IMG/VR virus record: IMGVR_UViG_3300047178_000244
Coordinates: 1 to 49,779 of that record
DNA length: 49,779 nt
Source of the DNA: a virus
Reading direction: 5' to 3' (one strand)
Shown here: one piece after another, positions 1 to 6,550 of the stretch
Layout: every line of letters begins with the position of its first letter
How positions within the stretch are numbered: position 1 is the stretch's first letter
Notes under the pieces: generated by a model
Told to the model about the DNA's origin: nothing
Database searches by the model: none
What the model saw: the letters and a program-made list of their open reading frames with translations, nothing else
Position numbers and translations under genes: made by a program

Positions 1-127
1 GTGAGCACGCGGCCTTCCACCTTTGCCGATGACCACTCGCATGGCCGCAGCCCGGTCAGCACGCCCGCCACGATCCAGTCGCGCAGCGCGGGCGCATGCA
101 TGCTCTTGCTGCGACCAATTTCCGTAA
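1..127. repeat. Terminal direct repeat copy 1 (identical to 49653..49779); circular-closure overlap
   Basis: Bases 1..127 (gtgagcacgcggccttcc...gcgaccaatttccgtaa) recur base-for-base at 49653..49779 and end exactly at the window end. Joining the copies restores one uninterrupted recombinase ORF. Confidence 0.95.
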
Positions 128-452
128 GCAGCGCGATGAGGTCGGAAGACGCCACGAGCTTCGCCCGGCGCGCGGACGTCCGCCTTGCGGGCTTGGGTCC
201 GGATGGAGCTCCCAGGGCCCGGAGAGCCGAGATGGCGGCCGGTGCGTCTACGTCTGGGTGACCCTCTAGGACATGGCACGCGGCCGCGCGGTAGACGTGC
301 CAAGTAGCCGTTCGCAGGCCGGGGCGGACCGATGCCAGCCAGTCGGCGAATGCCCGCGCCCCCGGTTCCGTGTTGCGGGTCTGAACGGCGCAGCGCGCTA
401 AGAGCTGCTGGCCCCGGCGGGTGCGGGCGTCCAGGGTCCGGCCGATGATCAC
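1..452 (-). CDS. Second tyrosine recombinase, N-terminal part (ORF continues across the circular junction into 49196..49652)
   Basis: I hand-translated the minus strand in the frame of ORF 49196..49753 (position 101 equals 49753). It stays open from 101 up to a GTG at 452..450. That GTG overlaps (GTGA) the stop of the 449..652 gene. The joined ORF is 909 nt, 302 aa. Confidence 0.75.
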   Translation of the reverse strand, partial: MIIGRTLDARTRRGQQLLARCAVQTRNTEPGARAFADWLASVRPGLRTATWHVYRAAACHVLEGHPDVDAPAAISALRALGAPSGPKPARRTSARRAKLVASSDLIALLTEIGRSKSMHAPALRDWIVAGVLTGLRPCEWSSAKVEGRVL

Positions 453-652
453 AGCGGCTGCGCAGAGATCGGGTTGGCCGACATGAACGCGATCAGCTTG
501 TCGACGGTGTCGAGGGTCACGCTCTCGCCCCGGCGCAGGCGGCGGACCGCGTTACCGCTGTTGCAAGCCTTGTAGCCGAGCTGGCGCGGAGAGGTCCCGG
601 TCGACTCGCACCACACGTCGATCCTGGTCAGCACTTCTTCTCTCACGGTCAT
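449..652 (-). CDS. Small HTH-like DNA-binding protein (Cro/RDF-like), translationally coupled to the second recombinase
   Basis: 67 aa. ATG 652 has AGGAGG 8 nt upstream. The segment SPRQLGYKACNSGNAVRRLRRGESVTLDTVDKLIAFM looks like a helix-turn-helix. Its stop overlaps the recombinase GTG. Confidence 0.6.
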   Translation of the reverse strand: MTVREEVLTRIDVWCESTGTSPRQLGYKACNSGNAVRRLRRGESVTLDTVDKLIAFMSANPISAQPL

Positions 653-677
653 GTCTGGACACCTCCTGGTGCTTCAG

Positions 678-706
678 TTTACACGATGCCGATGCACACA
701 TACACC
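678..706 (+). promoter_or_regulatory. Putative sigma70-type promoter for the CI-like gene (TTTACA-17-TACACC), possibly giving a leaderless mRNA
   Basis: TTTACA lies at 678..683, followed by a 17-nt spacer containing GATGCACACA, then TACACC at 701..706. ATG 712 is only 5 nt downstream and has no Shine-Dalgarno. Confidence 0.3.
693..704. promoter_or_regulatory. Operator-like 12-mer TGCACACATACA in the CI-like promoter spacer
   Basis: Member of the TGCACA-NN-TGC(A/C) family. See findings. Confidence 0.35.
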
Positions 707-711
707 GCGAT

Positions 712-1335
712 ATGAGCACCGAGTCGCCCACTGTAGCCGTCCTGAAGCGGCTGATGGCCGACAGGAACTTGACGCCGCACGCGCTCTCGATGGCCGCCGG
801 GCTCCGCCGCGACGCCGTCCGCAGCATCCTTGTCGGCAGGAGCAAGAGGCCTGGTGCCGACATCATCGAATCCCTGGCGCGAACGCTTGAGCTGCCGGTT
901 GATGTGCTCCTCGGCCGCATGCCGGTGCCCGCGCCGCCCCTGTCGCCGATGGTGAATGTGGACGAATTTGACCTCGCCCCGGCGCCCGACGGCAAGCCTG
1001 AGCCCCGCGACGGCAGGCGACCCTTGGCGACTTGGCGCATACCGAGCGCGGCCACGGGCGGGAAGCTGGGCGATGTCATCCTGATCAGCCTAACGGGTTC
1101 GGACGACGACGGCGCGACGCACGGCACGCGTTTCCTTGTCGACGTGTCCGCCCGCGGCCGCCTGCTATCCCCCGTCGGGGAGAGCTGGCTGTGCTGGGAT
1201 GGCGTCGGCCATGTCGTCGCCGAGCTCACACGCGGGGGTGCCGTCGGCGAGGCCACCTGGAGGCTAGGAAAGCGCGACGGTTACGCCGGACTCCTGCCGG
1301 TCGGTCGGGTCGTCGCCCGCTGGGTGCCGGGATGA
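712..1335 (+). CDS. CI-like repressor, XRE-family HTH with a C-terminal domain lacking an obvious S24 Ser-Lys dyad
   Basis: N-terminal HTH: LKRLMADRNLTPHALSMAAGLRRDAVRSILVGRSKRPGADIIESLARTLELPVDVLLG. The gene is divergent from the small HTH gene. The C-terminal roughly 100 aa sit where a LexA-like domain would, but no GDSM-type motif is seen. Confidence 0.7.
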   Translation: MSTESPTVAVLKRLMADRNLTPHALSMAAGLRRDAVRSILVGRSKRPGADIIESLARTLELPVDVLLGRMPVPAPPLSPMVNVDEFDLAPAPDGKPEPRDGRRPLATWRIPSAATGGKLGDVILISLTGSDDDGATHGTRFLVDVSARGRLLSPVGESWLCWDGVGHVVAELTRGGAVGEATWRLGKRDGYAGLLPVGRVVARWVPG

Positions 1336-1464
1336 TGCGTCAGCTTTGTCAACGTAAGCCCATGTTTTCGTTAAATAAAGTTGTTGACGGTCCGGCGGAT
1401 CGCCCTGACCCTTTTCCTTGTGCCCCGGCAATCCCGCTGGCGGCCGGTTGGGAGGAGGGCGGAC

Positions 1465-1764
1465 ATGACGACGGGTTGGCCGCTCCTCTTGGACGACCGG
1501 TTGACCGCGCAGATGCTGACGGTCACGAAGCCCACCCTGCGGCGGCTCGTGAGGAACGGGCACGTGCCCGCGCCCCGTTCGGTCGGCGGTCTGGAACGCT
1601 GGCATCGCGACGAGCTCGAAGGGCATCTGCGGCGGACGTGGGACCTCGACGCGGCGGAACGGGTCGCAGAGAAGCATGCCGAGGCTGCCAAGGCGGCTCT
1701 GGACAACTGGACGAGCCCCGGGAGGCGCCGCGATGCCGCGGGTAAAGGCCGCCGCGCCGGTTGA
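1465..1764 (+). CDS. Excisionase/AlpA-like (MerR-type) HTH protein
   Basis: GGGAGGAGGG lies 5 nt upstream of ATG 1465. The motif is LTAQMLTVTKPTLRRLVRNGHVPAPRSVGGLERWHRDELEGHL. The gene is immediately upstream of, and overlaps, the integrase. Confidence 0.65.
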   Translation: MTTGWPLLLDDRLTAQMLTVTKPTLRRLVRNGHVPAPRSVGGLERWHRDELEGHLRRTWDLDAAERVAEKHAEAAKAALDNWTSPGRRRDAAGKGRRAG

Positions 1765-2890
1765 CCGCAGGGAATGGGTTCACGCGGTCAGTGCCTCGGG
1801 CGGCAAGGTCTACCTTTACTACCGGCGCGAAGGTCAACGAAAGCCGCTGCCGGGTCCCGAGGGGTCGGCAGCGTTCCTCCGTGCTTACGACGAGATCCAC
1901 GCGGGCTTTGAGGGCAAGGCCGTTCGCTGGGAGAAACACACGGTCGACGCCGCGATCGCCGCTTACAAGGAGCAGGCGGAATACAAGTCGCTGAAGGCCG
2001 CGTCGAAGCGAAACTACAACTTGTACCTGACGGAGATTTCCCGGGCTTTCGGCAGCGTGTCGCTCCTTGATATCGACCGCGCTTGGGTGAACGGTTTGCG
2101 CAACCGGCTCGCCGAAGACCCGCACCGCTGGAACAAGTATCGGTCGCGGATGATTGCGGCGTGGGAAGAATACCTCAACGCCAACCCAGACTTCACCGCA
2201 CCGAACCCTTGGATCTCGAGCAAGCCGCTGAAGGTCGGGAAAAGCACGCAGAACCGCCCGTGGCCAGCCGAAGTGCTCGTCCAGGTCCTACGGGAGGCGA
2301 CTCCCGAGTTCCGAGCGCTCGTCACCGCCTGCCTGCTTACGGCGCAACGCATCTCCGACGTCGTCAGGCTCTCGGAGGACGCATACGAGCCTGCGACCAG
2401 GAAATGGCGTTTCACGCAGGGCAAGACCGGTAGGCCCATGACGCTCCGGATCGGCCCCCTGCTCGCCGACGCGTTCGAGGCAATGCGCGGTCGGGTGCCC
2501 GGCAGGCTGCTGTGCACCCCGCGCGGCGTGGCATGGACGAAGCTGAACGCGGAAGAGACGCTGCTCACGCTCAGGGCCAACCTCGGCATCGAACGGTATA
2601 CGCTGCATGGCCTACGTTCGACCGGCCCGTCCGCGGCACGCCAGCGCGGCGCAAGCCTGCAAATCCTCATGGCATTGACGGGGCACACGACCGAAAAGAA
2701 CTTGCGGATTTACCTGCGGGAAATCGACGACGAGCCGCTGGCGGAGGAGGCGGGCCAGATGGTGGAGGACATCTTCACTCCGGTCCTGGAGGAAGCGATG
2801 GCGGGCGCCAACCGCCGGAGTTACAGCGGCACGACTGGAAAGGCATCGGCGAAGGCGAGGCTTCGACAATCGGCCGGTGGCACCGAGTAA
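1733..2890 (+). CDS. int: Phage integrase, tyrosine recombinase
   Basis: Motifs are LLTAQRISDV (Arg), YTLHGLRSTG (H-x-L-R) and ALTGHTTEKNLRIYLRE (His and Tyr). GGGAGG lies 8 nt upstream of ATG 1733 and is preferred over ATG 1676. The gene is adjacent to the tRNA-derived att core. Confidence 0.9.
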   Translation: MPRVKAAAPVDRREWVHAVSASGGKVYLYYRREGQRKPLPGPEGSAAFLRAYDEIHAGFEGKAVRWEKHTVDAAIAAYKEQAEYKSLKAASKRNYNLYLTEISRAFGSVSLLDIDRAWVNGLRNRLAEDPHRWNKYRSRMIAAWEEYLNANPDFTAPNPWISSKPLKVGKSTQNRPWPAEVLVQVLREATPEFRALVTACLLTAQRISDVVRLSEDAYEPATRKWRFTQGKTGRPMTLRIGPLLADAFEAMRGRVPGRLLCTPRGVAWTKLNAEETLLTLRANLGIERYTLHGLRSTGPSAARQRGASLQILMALTGHTTEKNLRIYLREIDDEPLAEEAGQMVEDIFTPVLEEAMAGANRRSYSGTTGKASAKARLRQSAGGTE

Positions 2891-2898
2891 AAACCGTG

Positions 2899-2929
2899 TA
2901 AAAAGTAAAAAGGCGGCCCGAAGACCGCC
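2899..2929 (-). terminator. Rho-independent terminator on the minus strand (GGCGGUC-UUCG-GGCCGCC followed by UUUUUACUUUUUA)
   Basis: A 7-bp GC stem with a UUCG loop lies at 2912..2929. The U tract (minus strand) lies at 2899..2911. On the plus strand there is no U tract after the stem. Confidence 0.6.
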
Positions 2930-2941
2930 CAAAAACCCAAC

Positions 2942-3017
2942 GAAATCAATGGCGTCCCGTACGGGATTCGAACCCGTGTTACCAACGTGGATAGTAAGAA
3001 GGCAATGAAATCAATGG
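2942..3017. repeat. Direct repeat GAAATCAATGG x2 (2942..2952 and 3007..3017) bracketing the tRNA-derived core
   Basis: An exact 11-mer occurs twice, 65 bp apart. With flanks the match is AA(C/T)GAAATCAATGG. Confidence 0.8.
2950..2990 (-). other. attP core: 3' ~41 nt of a tRNA-Glu-like gene (partial, not a functional tRNA)
   Basis: The minus strand reads CCACGTTGGTAAC-ACGGG-TTCGAAT-CCCGT-ACGGGAC-G-CCA. That gives a T arm, 3' acceptor strand, discriminator and CCA, closely resembling the 3' half of bacterial tRNA-Glu. No matching 5' acceptor, D arm or anticodon stem lies upstream. Confidence 0.8.
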
Positions 3018-3117
3018 TTATCGTGTAAAAACCGGAGGACGTTTTCCGCAGAAAGCTTGGCATGCCGACGGCAAGCCGGGTTCGCCGTGTAAAAGCGGTT
3101 TCTGTTTCTGTTCGCCA

Positions 3118-3285
3118 TTAGCGCACCTTCCGGGCTTTCTTCCTGGCCAGGTATCCGGCCGCCGCGGCGAGCCCGAACGGAGTGCAGCCGAGGGCTGGGA
3201 GCGGCGCCGGGTGAACGCCCACTGCGTGTGCGGCTGCCGTGGCTGCAAGGGTCAGCATGGCGGCGCAGGCGAGCTTGGTCATCAT
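3118..3285 (-). CDS. 55-aa secreted or membrane mini-protein: signal peptide followed directly by a PEP-CTERM-like hydrophobic anchor and basic tail
   Basis: Sequence: MMTKLACAAMLTLAATAAAHA / VGVHPAPLPALGCTPFGLAAAAGYLARKKARKVR. AGGAGA lies 7 nt upstream of the ATGATG start. The gene sits next to attP, a typical moron position. Confidence 0.5.
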   Translation of the reverse strand: MMTKLACAAMLTLAATAAAHAVGVHPAPLPALGCTPFGLAAAAGYLARKKARKVR

Positions 3286-3476
3286 CGGCGGATCTCCTGG
3301 CGGGCGCTGTCGCCGCATGGATCGAGGCTACCACGGCGAGCCTCTTGGTCTGTGCCAGTGCGCCACCCTAGCCGGTTTCAACAGACGATGCTCTGGTGCA
3401 TCTACTCGGTGCCCATGAACCTATTGTTTCCGTACTCGTGCTTACGAAAATGCTTGCCTTGCACCGTGGGGTGATC

Positions 3477-3488
3477 AACGCTTGTGCA
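3477..3488. promoter_or_regulatory. Operator-like half-site AACGCTTGTGCA upstream of the 3512 gene
   Basis: CTTGTGCA equals the complement of TGCACAAG. Confidence 0.3.
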
Positions 3489-3511
3489 TGCCCAGCCGAG
3501 TGGAGGCGACG

Positions 3512-4615
3512 ATGATGGATTACCAGGACCCCGAGGAAGCAGTCGCCGACCGGGAGCGTGAGCGCTACGGCGAGTGGGTATGCGCGATGGACGACGCTAT
3601 CCTCGACGCGTTCACGCGCGTGGGGGAGACGTCTCTGCCGTCCGAGGCGGCCCGCGAACTCATCCTCGCCGCCCTGCGGCAGCTGGCCGAGGCCGGGGAC
3701 GCGGGCTTCGCGCTGGTGGACGCCTACTTCGGGCATCACCTCGCAACGTATCAGGAGCTCTCCGTGCCCGAGGCCGCAGTTGGTAAAGCATATGTGAGGC
3801 GCTACCGCGACCGCCTCGACCCCGCTCTAGTGAGGGGCGCGCTCGAGGAACCTTCGTGGCAGCGCGCGCCGGTCGGCAACGGTGACGGGTTCAGGGTTCC
3901 GCTGGTGCGGGGCGCGCGCGAGATGAAGGCGATGCAGGACCGCATCATCGGGGAGGTCGTCGAGCTGCCCTCCCCCGCTCCCGATGCCGTCCAGGCGGAG
4001 CCCGAGCTGGACGCGGCGCAGCTTTCCTCCGTCGCCGGGCCCGTCAAGAAGCCTGCCGCCAAGAAGCCCATCAAGGTCAGCTGGGGCGACCTCGGGTGGA
4101 CGGCGAAGACGCACAATGCCGCGCAACAAGACATCGTCGTGGATGCTGGCATGTCGTACGACCCGGAATGGAGGCGCTATGTCGGCGACGTGGAGTCCGC
4201 CGGTCGGCTGCGGGAATGCATCGCCAGCCCGGCCGATATCCAGCGGCTGGATACGGAGCTGGAAGCGCTTCGCAAGCCGCAGGTGCCCGAGGCGCCCGTG
4301 TTCAATCAAGCCGTTCCAGATTACCGCTATTCCTTCAACAACACCTTACCGGCGCTGGACTTCGTGGCGGACCTGCCTTCCGTCGTCGCGGATAGCCCGA
4401 AGCGCAGGCGCGGCCGTCCGACGAACGCCGAGCTCGGCCGGGCTCCCGCACTCTCGCAAGTGGAACGCAACCGGCGCTACCGGGCGAGGAAACAGGCGGG
4501 GGCCGCGGCCACCATGCCTCGCGACATCGCGGACCGGCTGGCAGCTGCACGCGGCGCCCCACTGATGACGAGCGGCGCGCTGCTGGCTGAGGCCCTGGAC
4601 GCGTTGGGGGCTTAG
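3512..4615 (+). CDS. Hypothetical protein with a C-terminal RRRGRPTNAELGRAPALSQVERNRRYR motif (AT-hook-like)
   Basis: GGAGG lies 5 nt upstream of ATG 3512. Composition looks protein-like. The C-terminal motif is shared with the 36831..37421 protein. Confidence 0.7.
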   Translation: MMDYQDPEEAVADRERERYGEWVCAMDDAILDAFTRVGETSLPSEAARELILAALRQLAEAGDAGFALVDAYFGHHLATYQELSVPEAAVGKAYVRRYRDRLDPALVRGALEEPSWQRAPVGNGDGFRVPLVRGAREMKAMQDRIIGEVVELPSPAPDAVQAEPELDAAQLSSVAGPVKKPAAKKPIKVSWGDLGWTAKTHNAAQQDIVVDAGMSYDPEWRRYVGDVESAGRLRECIASPADIQRLDTELEALRKPQVPEAPVFNQAVPDYRYSFNNTLPALDFVADLPSVVADSPKRRRGRPTNAELGRAPALSQVERNRRYRARKQAGAAATMPRDIADRLAAARGAPLMTSGALLAEALDALGA

Positions 4616-4649
4616 GCCTCCGTTCACTTCTTGTTCTCTTTCTGCGAGC

Positions 4650-4961
4650 ATGTATGCTGCCACGGGCATGGGCCACAATCAGTCGATCCGTAAGCGAACA
4701 TCGGCTGTGATGGAGGCGCCCCTGGCTAGCTGGAGCGGCTGGCAGCTAGCGGTGGAGTGTGGAACGGACGGGTGTCCTCGCGGCCGCGCATACGATGTCC
4801 GCCAGCTCGCCCGGCTGTGCCGCGGCGTGACAGTGGGCAGGGCGATCAGGAAGATGCGGTGCCAAGGATGCGGCAAGCCGCCGGTCAGCGCGGTCCTGCA
4901 GCCGGGCCCGGGGATACGGAGGGCCGAAGGGGTGGCCCTGGTGGGACCCGGGTCGTATTGA
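4650..4961 (+). CDS. Hypothetical Cys-rich (zinc-ribbon-like) protein; start uncertain (ATG 4650 or 4710)
   Basis: ECGTDGC ... CQGCG spacing resembles a 4-Cys ribbon. No strong RBS is present. Confidence 0.45.
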   Translation: MYAATGMGHNQSIRKRTSAVMEAPLASWSGWQLAVECGTDGCPRGRAYDVRQLARLCRGVTVGRAIRKMRCQGCGKPPVSAVLQPGPGIRRAEGVALVGPGSY

Positions 4962-5016
4962 CGAATCGGGTGGTCGAATGCGCGCAGTGCCCCCCATTGG
5001 GGCGGGAAGGATAGAC

Positions 5017-5697
5017 ATGAGCCGGATGAAGGCCCTTCGGGCGAGCACCGCCGAGACCGATGCCGCCGCCGACCTGCGGGCCACCCTGGTCGGCAAGAGG
5101 TTCAAGACTATCCTTGCCGATCCTCCGTGGCAGTTCCAAAACCGCACCGGAAAGGTGGCGCCCGAGCATCGACGGCTGGCACGCTACCCGACGCTCACCC
5201 TGGACCAGATCTGCGCCCTTCCCGTCGCGGAGCTCGCGGCTGATCCGGCGCACCTGTATCTGTGGTGCCCGAACGCTCTTCTGCCTGAAGGGCTGAAGGT
5301 TCTTTCGGCCTGGGGGTTCGAATACAAGTCGAACATCGTCTGGCACAAACTTCGGAAAGACGGCGGCTCGGATGGTCGTGGCGTAGGCTTCTATTTTCGG
5401 AATGTTACAGAGATGTTGTTGCTTGGGGTGCGCGGCAAGAAGGCTCGCACTCTGGCGCCCGCACGCTCCCAGGTAAACTACATCGGCACCCGCAAGCGCG
5501 AGCACTCCAGGAAGCCCGACGAACAGTATCCGATCATCGAATCCTGCAGCCCGGGTCCCAGGCTGGAGCTGTTCGCGCGCGGTCCCCGCAAGGGGTGGAC
5601 GGTGTGGGGCAACCAGTCCGAGGACTACGAGCCGTCCTGGCCAACTTACTCCCACAACTCGGCCACAGAAGGCCTGCCAGTCCTAGGGGCCGATTAG
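5017..5697 (+). CDS. MT-A70 family N6-adenine DNA methyltransferase
   Basis: The catalytic DPPW motif is present (ILADPPWQF). Other family features are LYLWCPN, WGFEYKSNIVWHK and HSRKPDEQY. GGAAGGA RBS precedes ATG 5017. Confidence 0.9.
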   Translation: MSRMKALRASTAETDAAADLRATLVGKRFKTILADPPWQFQNRTGKVAPEHRRLARYPTLTLDQICALPVAELAADPAHLYLWCPNALLPEGLKVLSAWGFEYKSNIVWHKLRKDGGSDGRGVGFYFRNVTEMLLLGVRGKKARTLAPARSQVNYIGTRKREHSRKPDEQYPIIESCSPGPRLELFARGPRKGWTVWGNQSEDYEPSWPTYSHNSATEGLPVLGAD

Positions 5698-5737
5698 GGA
5701 CCTGGATCCGGCGCACACGCCCGAGTACCTTCACGGC

Positions 5738-6550
5738 ATGTTCGATTCGCTGCGCGCGCACCACTATCAGGTCCAGTGCGTTTCCCACGCCGAGGCCATC
5801 CTGTCCGTGGACTTCCCTACCGCCGCGCGGGAACTGGAGAGCGCCATCATCGGGGGCTCCATCCCGATCGAGGAAATCATTGCACCGGGCGGCGGGGAAA
5901 CGGAGGGCACTCAGCGGCTCAGAAGGGCGCTGACCGAGCTTGGCTGGCGCAAGAGCATCTTTACGGTCCAGCGCATCATCAACGGCGTGCCCAAGGAGAG
6001 CACGTCGCACGAGATAGACCACGTGAAGGAATTCCCGGAAGGCGGGACGATCGCCCTGGAGATAGAGTGGAACAACAAGGATCCATTCTTCGACAGGGAC
6101 CTAGAGAACTTCAAGAGGCTTCACGCCGACGGGGCCATCTCCGCGGGCGTGATCGTGACCAGGGGCCGAGCACTGCAGGAGAACATGCCGAGCATGGTCA
6201 TGCGGTTCTGCGTCGAGCGAAACATCAATGGCTTCGACGACCTGGTGCGCTGGAAGTACGTTCCGACGCCCAAGCAAAAGCTGGCCATCGAGAAGCAGAT
6301 GAACCGTGCAAGGAACCCGCTATCGTTCCGCGATGCGTTCGTTTCCAACTTCGTCAGCAACAAGTTCTCCGAGGCGAGCACCCATTGGGCGAAGCTGGAA
6401 GCACGAATCAGGAGGGGTGTCGGCAACCCATGCCCGCTAGTCTTCATCGGTATCCCGGACAGCGTGGTCACCTTTCACGAGGGCGTGGACGCGTTGCGTG
6501 AGATAGAGGCGGCCCAAGCCGAGGCGGACGAGGCAGAAGTTCCGACCTAG
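5738..6550 (+). CDS. BglII/BamHI-family type II restriction endonuclease (putative)
   Basis: HAEAIL near the N-terminus matches BglII HADEIL. EIDHV...IALEIEWNNKDPFFDRDL...SAGVIVTRG aligns by eye with BglII DIDF...LVEVQFSNYPFLLNNTV...VAIIITKG (D...E-x-E/Q catalytic core). The gene follows the methyltransferase. GC is visibly lower, 47-58% in sampled 60-nt lines. Confidence 0.7.
   Translation: MFDSLRAHHYQVQCVSHAEAILSVDFPTAARELESAIIGGSIPIEEIIAPGGGETEGTQRLRRALTELGWRKSIFTVQRIINGVPKESTSHEIDHVKEFPEGGTIALEIEWNNKDPFFDRDLENFKRLHADGAISAGVIVTRGRALQENMPSMVMRFCVERNINGFDDLVRWKYVPTPKQKLAIEKQMNRARNPLSFRDAFVSNFVSNKFSEASTHWAKLEARIRRGVGNPCPLVFIGIPDSVVTFHEGVDALREIEAAQAEADEAEVPT

Larger units (their letters stand above)
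2895..3094. repeat. Direct repeat CGTGTAAAA x3 (2895..2903, 3022..3030, 3086..3094); candidate integrase arm-type sites
   Basis: Three same-orientation copies of an AT-rich 9-mer flank the att core in a GC-rich genome. Confidence 0.5.

Noticed and set aside
1-127. The 127-bp terminal repeat as a biological direct terminal repeat or an attL/attR duplication.
   Set aside because: It lies inside a recombinase coding sequence, and collapsing it yields an intact ORF. The length matches a typical assembler k-mer. The terminase is a cos-type gpA/Nu1 pair, not a DTR packaging system.
1676-1732. ATG 1676 as the integrase start, and similar long N-terminal extensions of listed ORFs (22632..23798, 21404..22354, 27413..29272, 36236..36946).
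   Set aside because: The extensions are Arg/Pro-rich and overlap upstream genes. Internal starts have good RBS and match the usual N-termini of the families.
2950-3025. A complete tRNA gene next to the integrase.
   Set aside because: Only the 3' ~41 nt fold as tRNA (T arm, acceptor 3' strand, CCA). The sequence where the anticodon stem, D arm and 5' acceptor strand should be does not pair. It is therefore an att core, not a gene.
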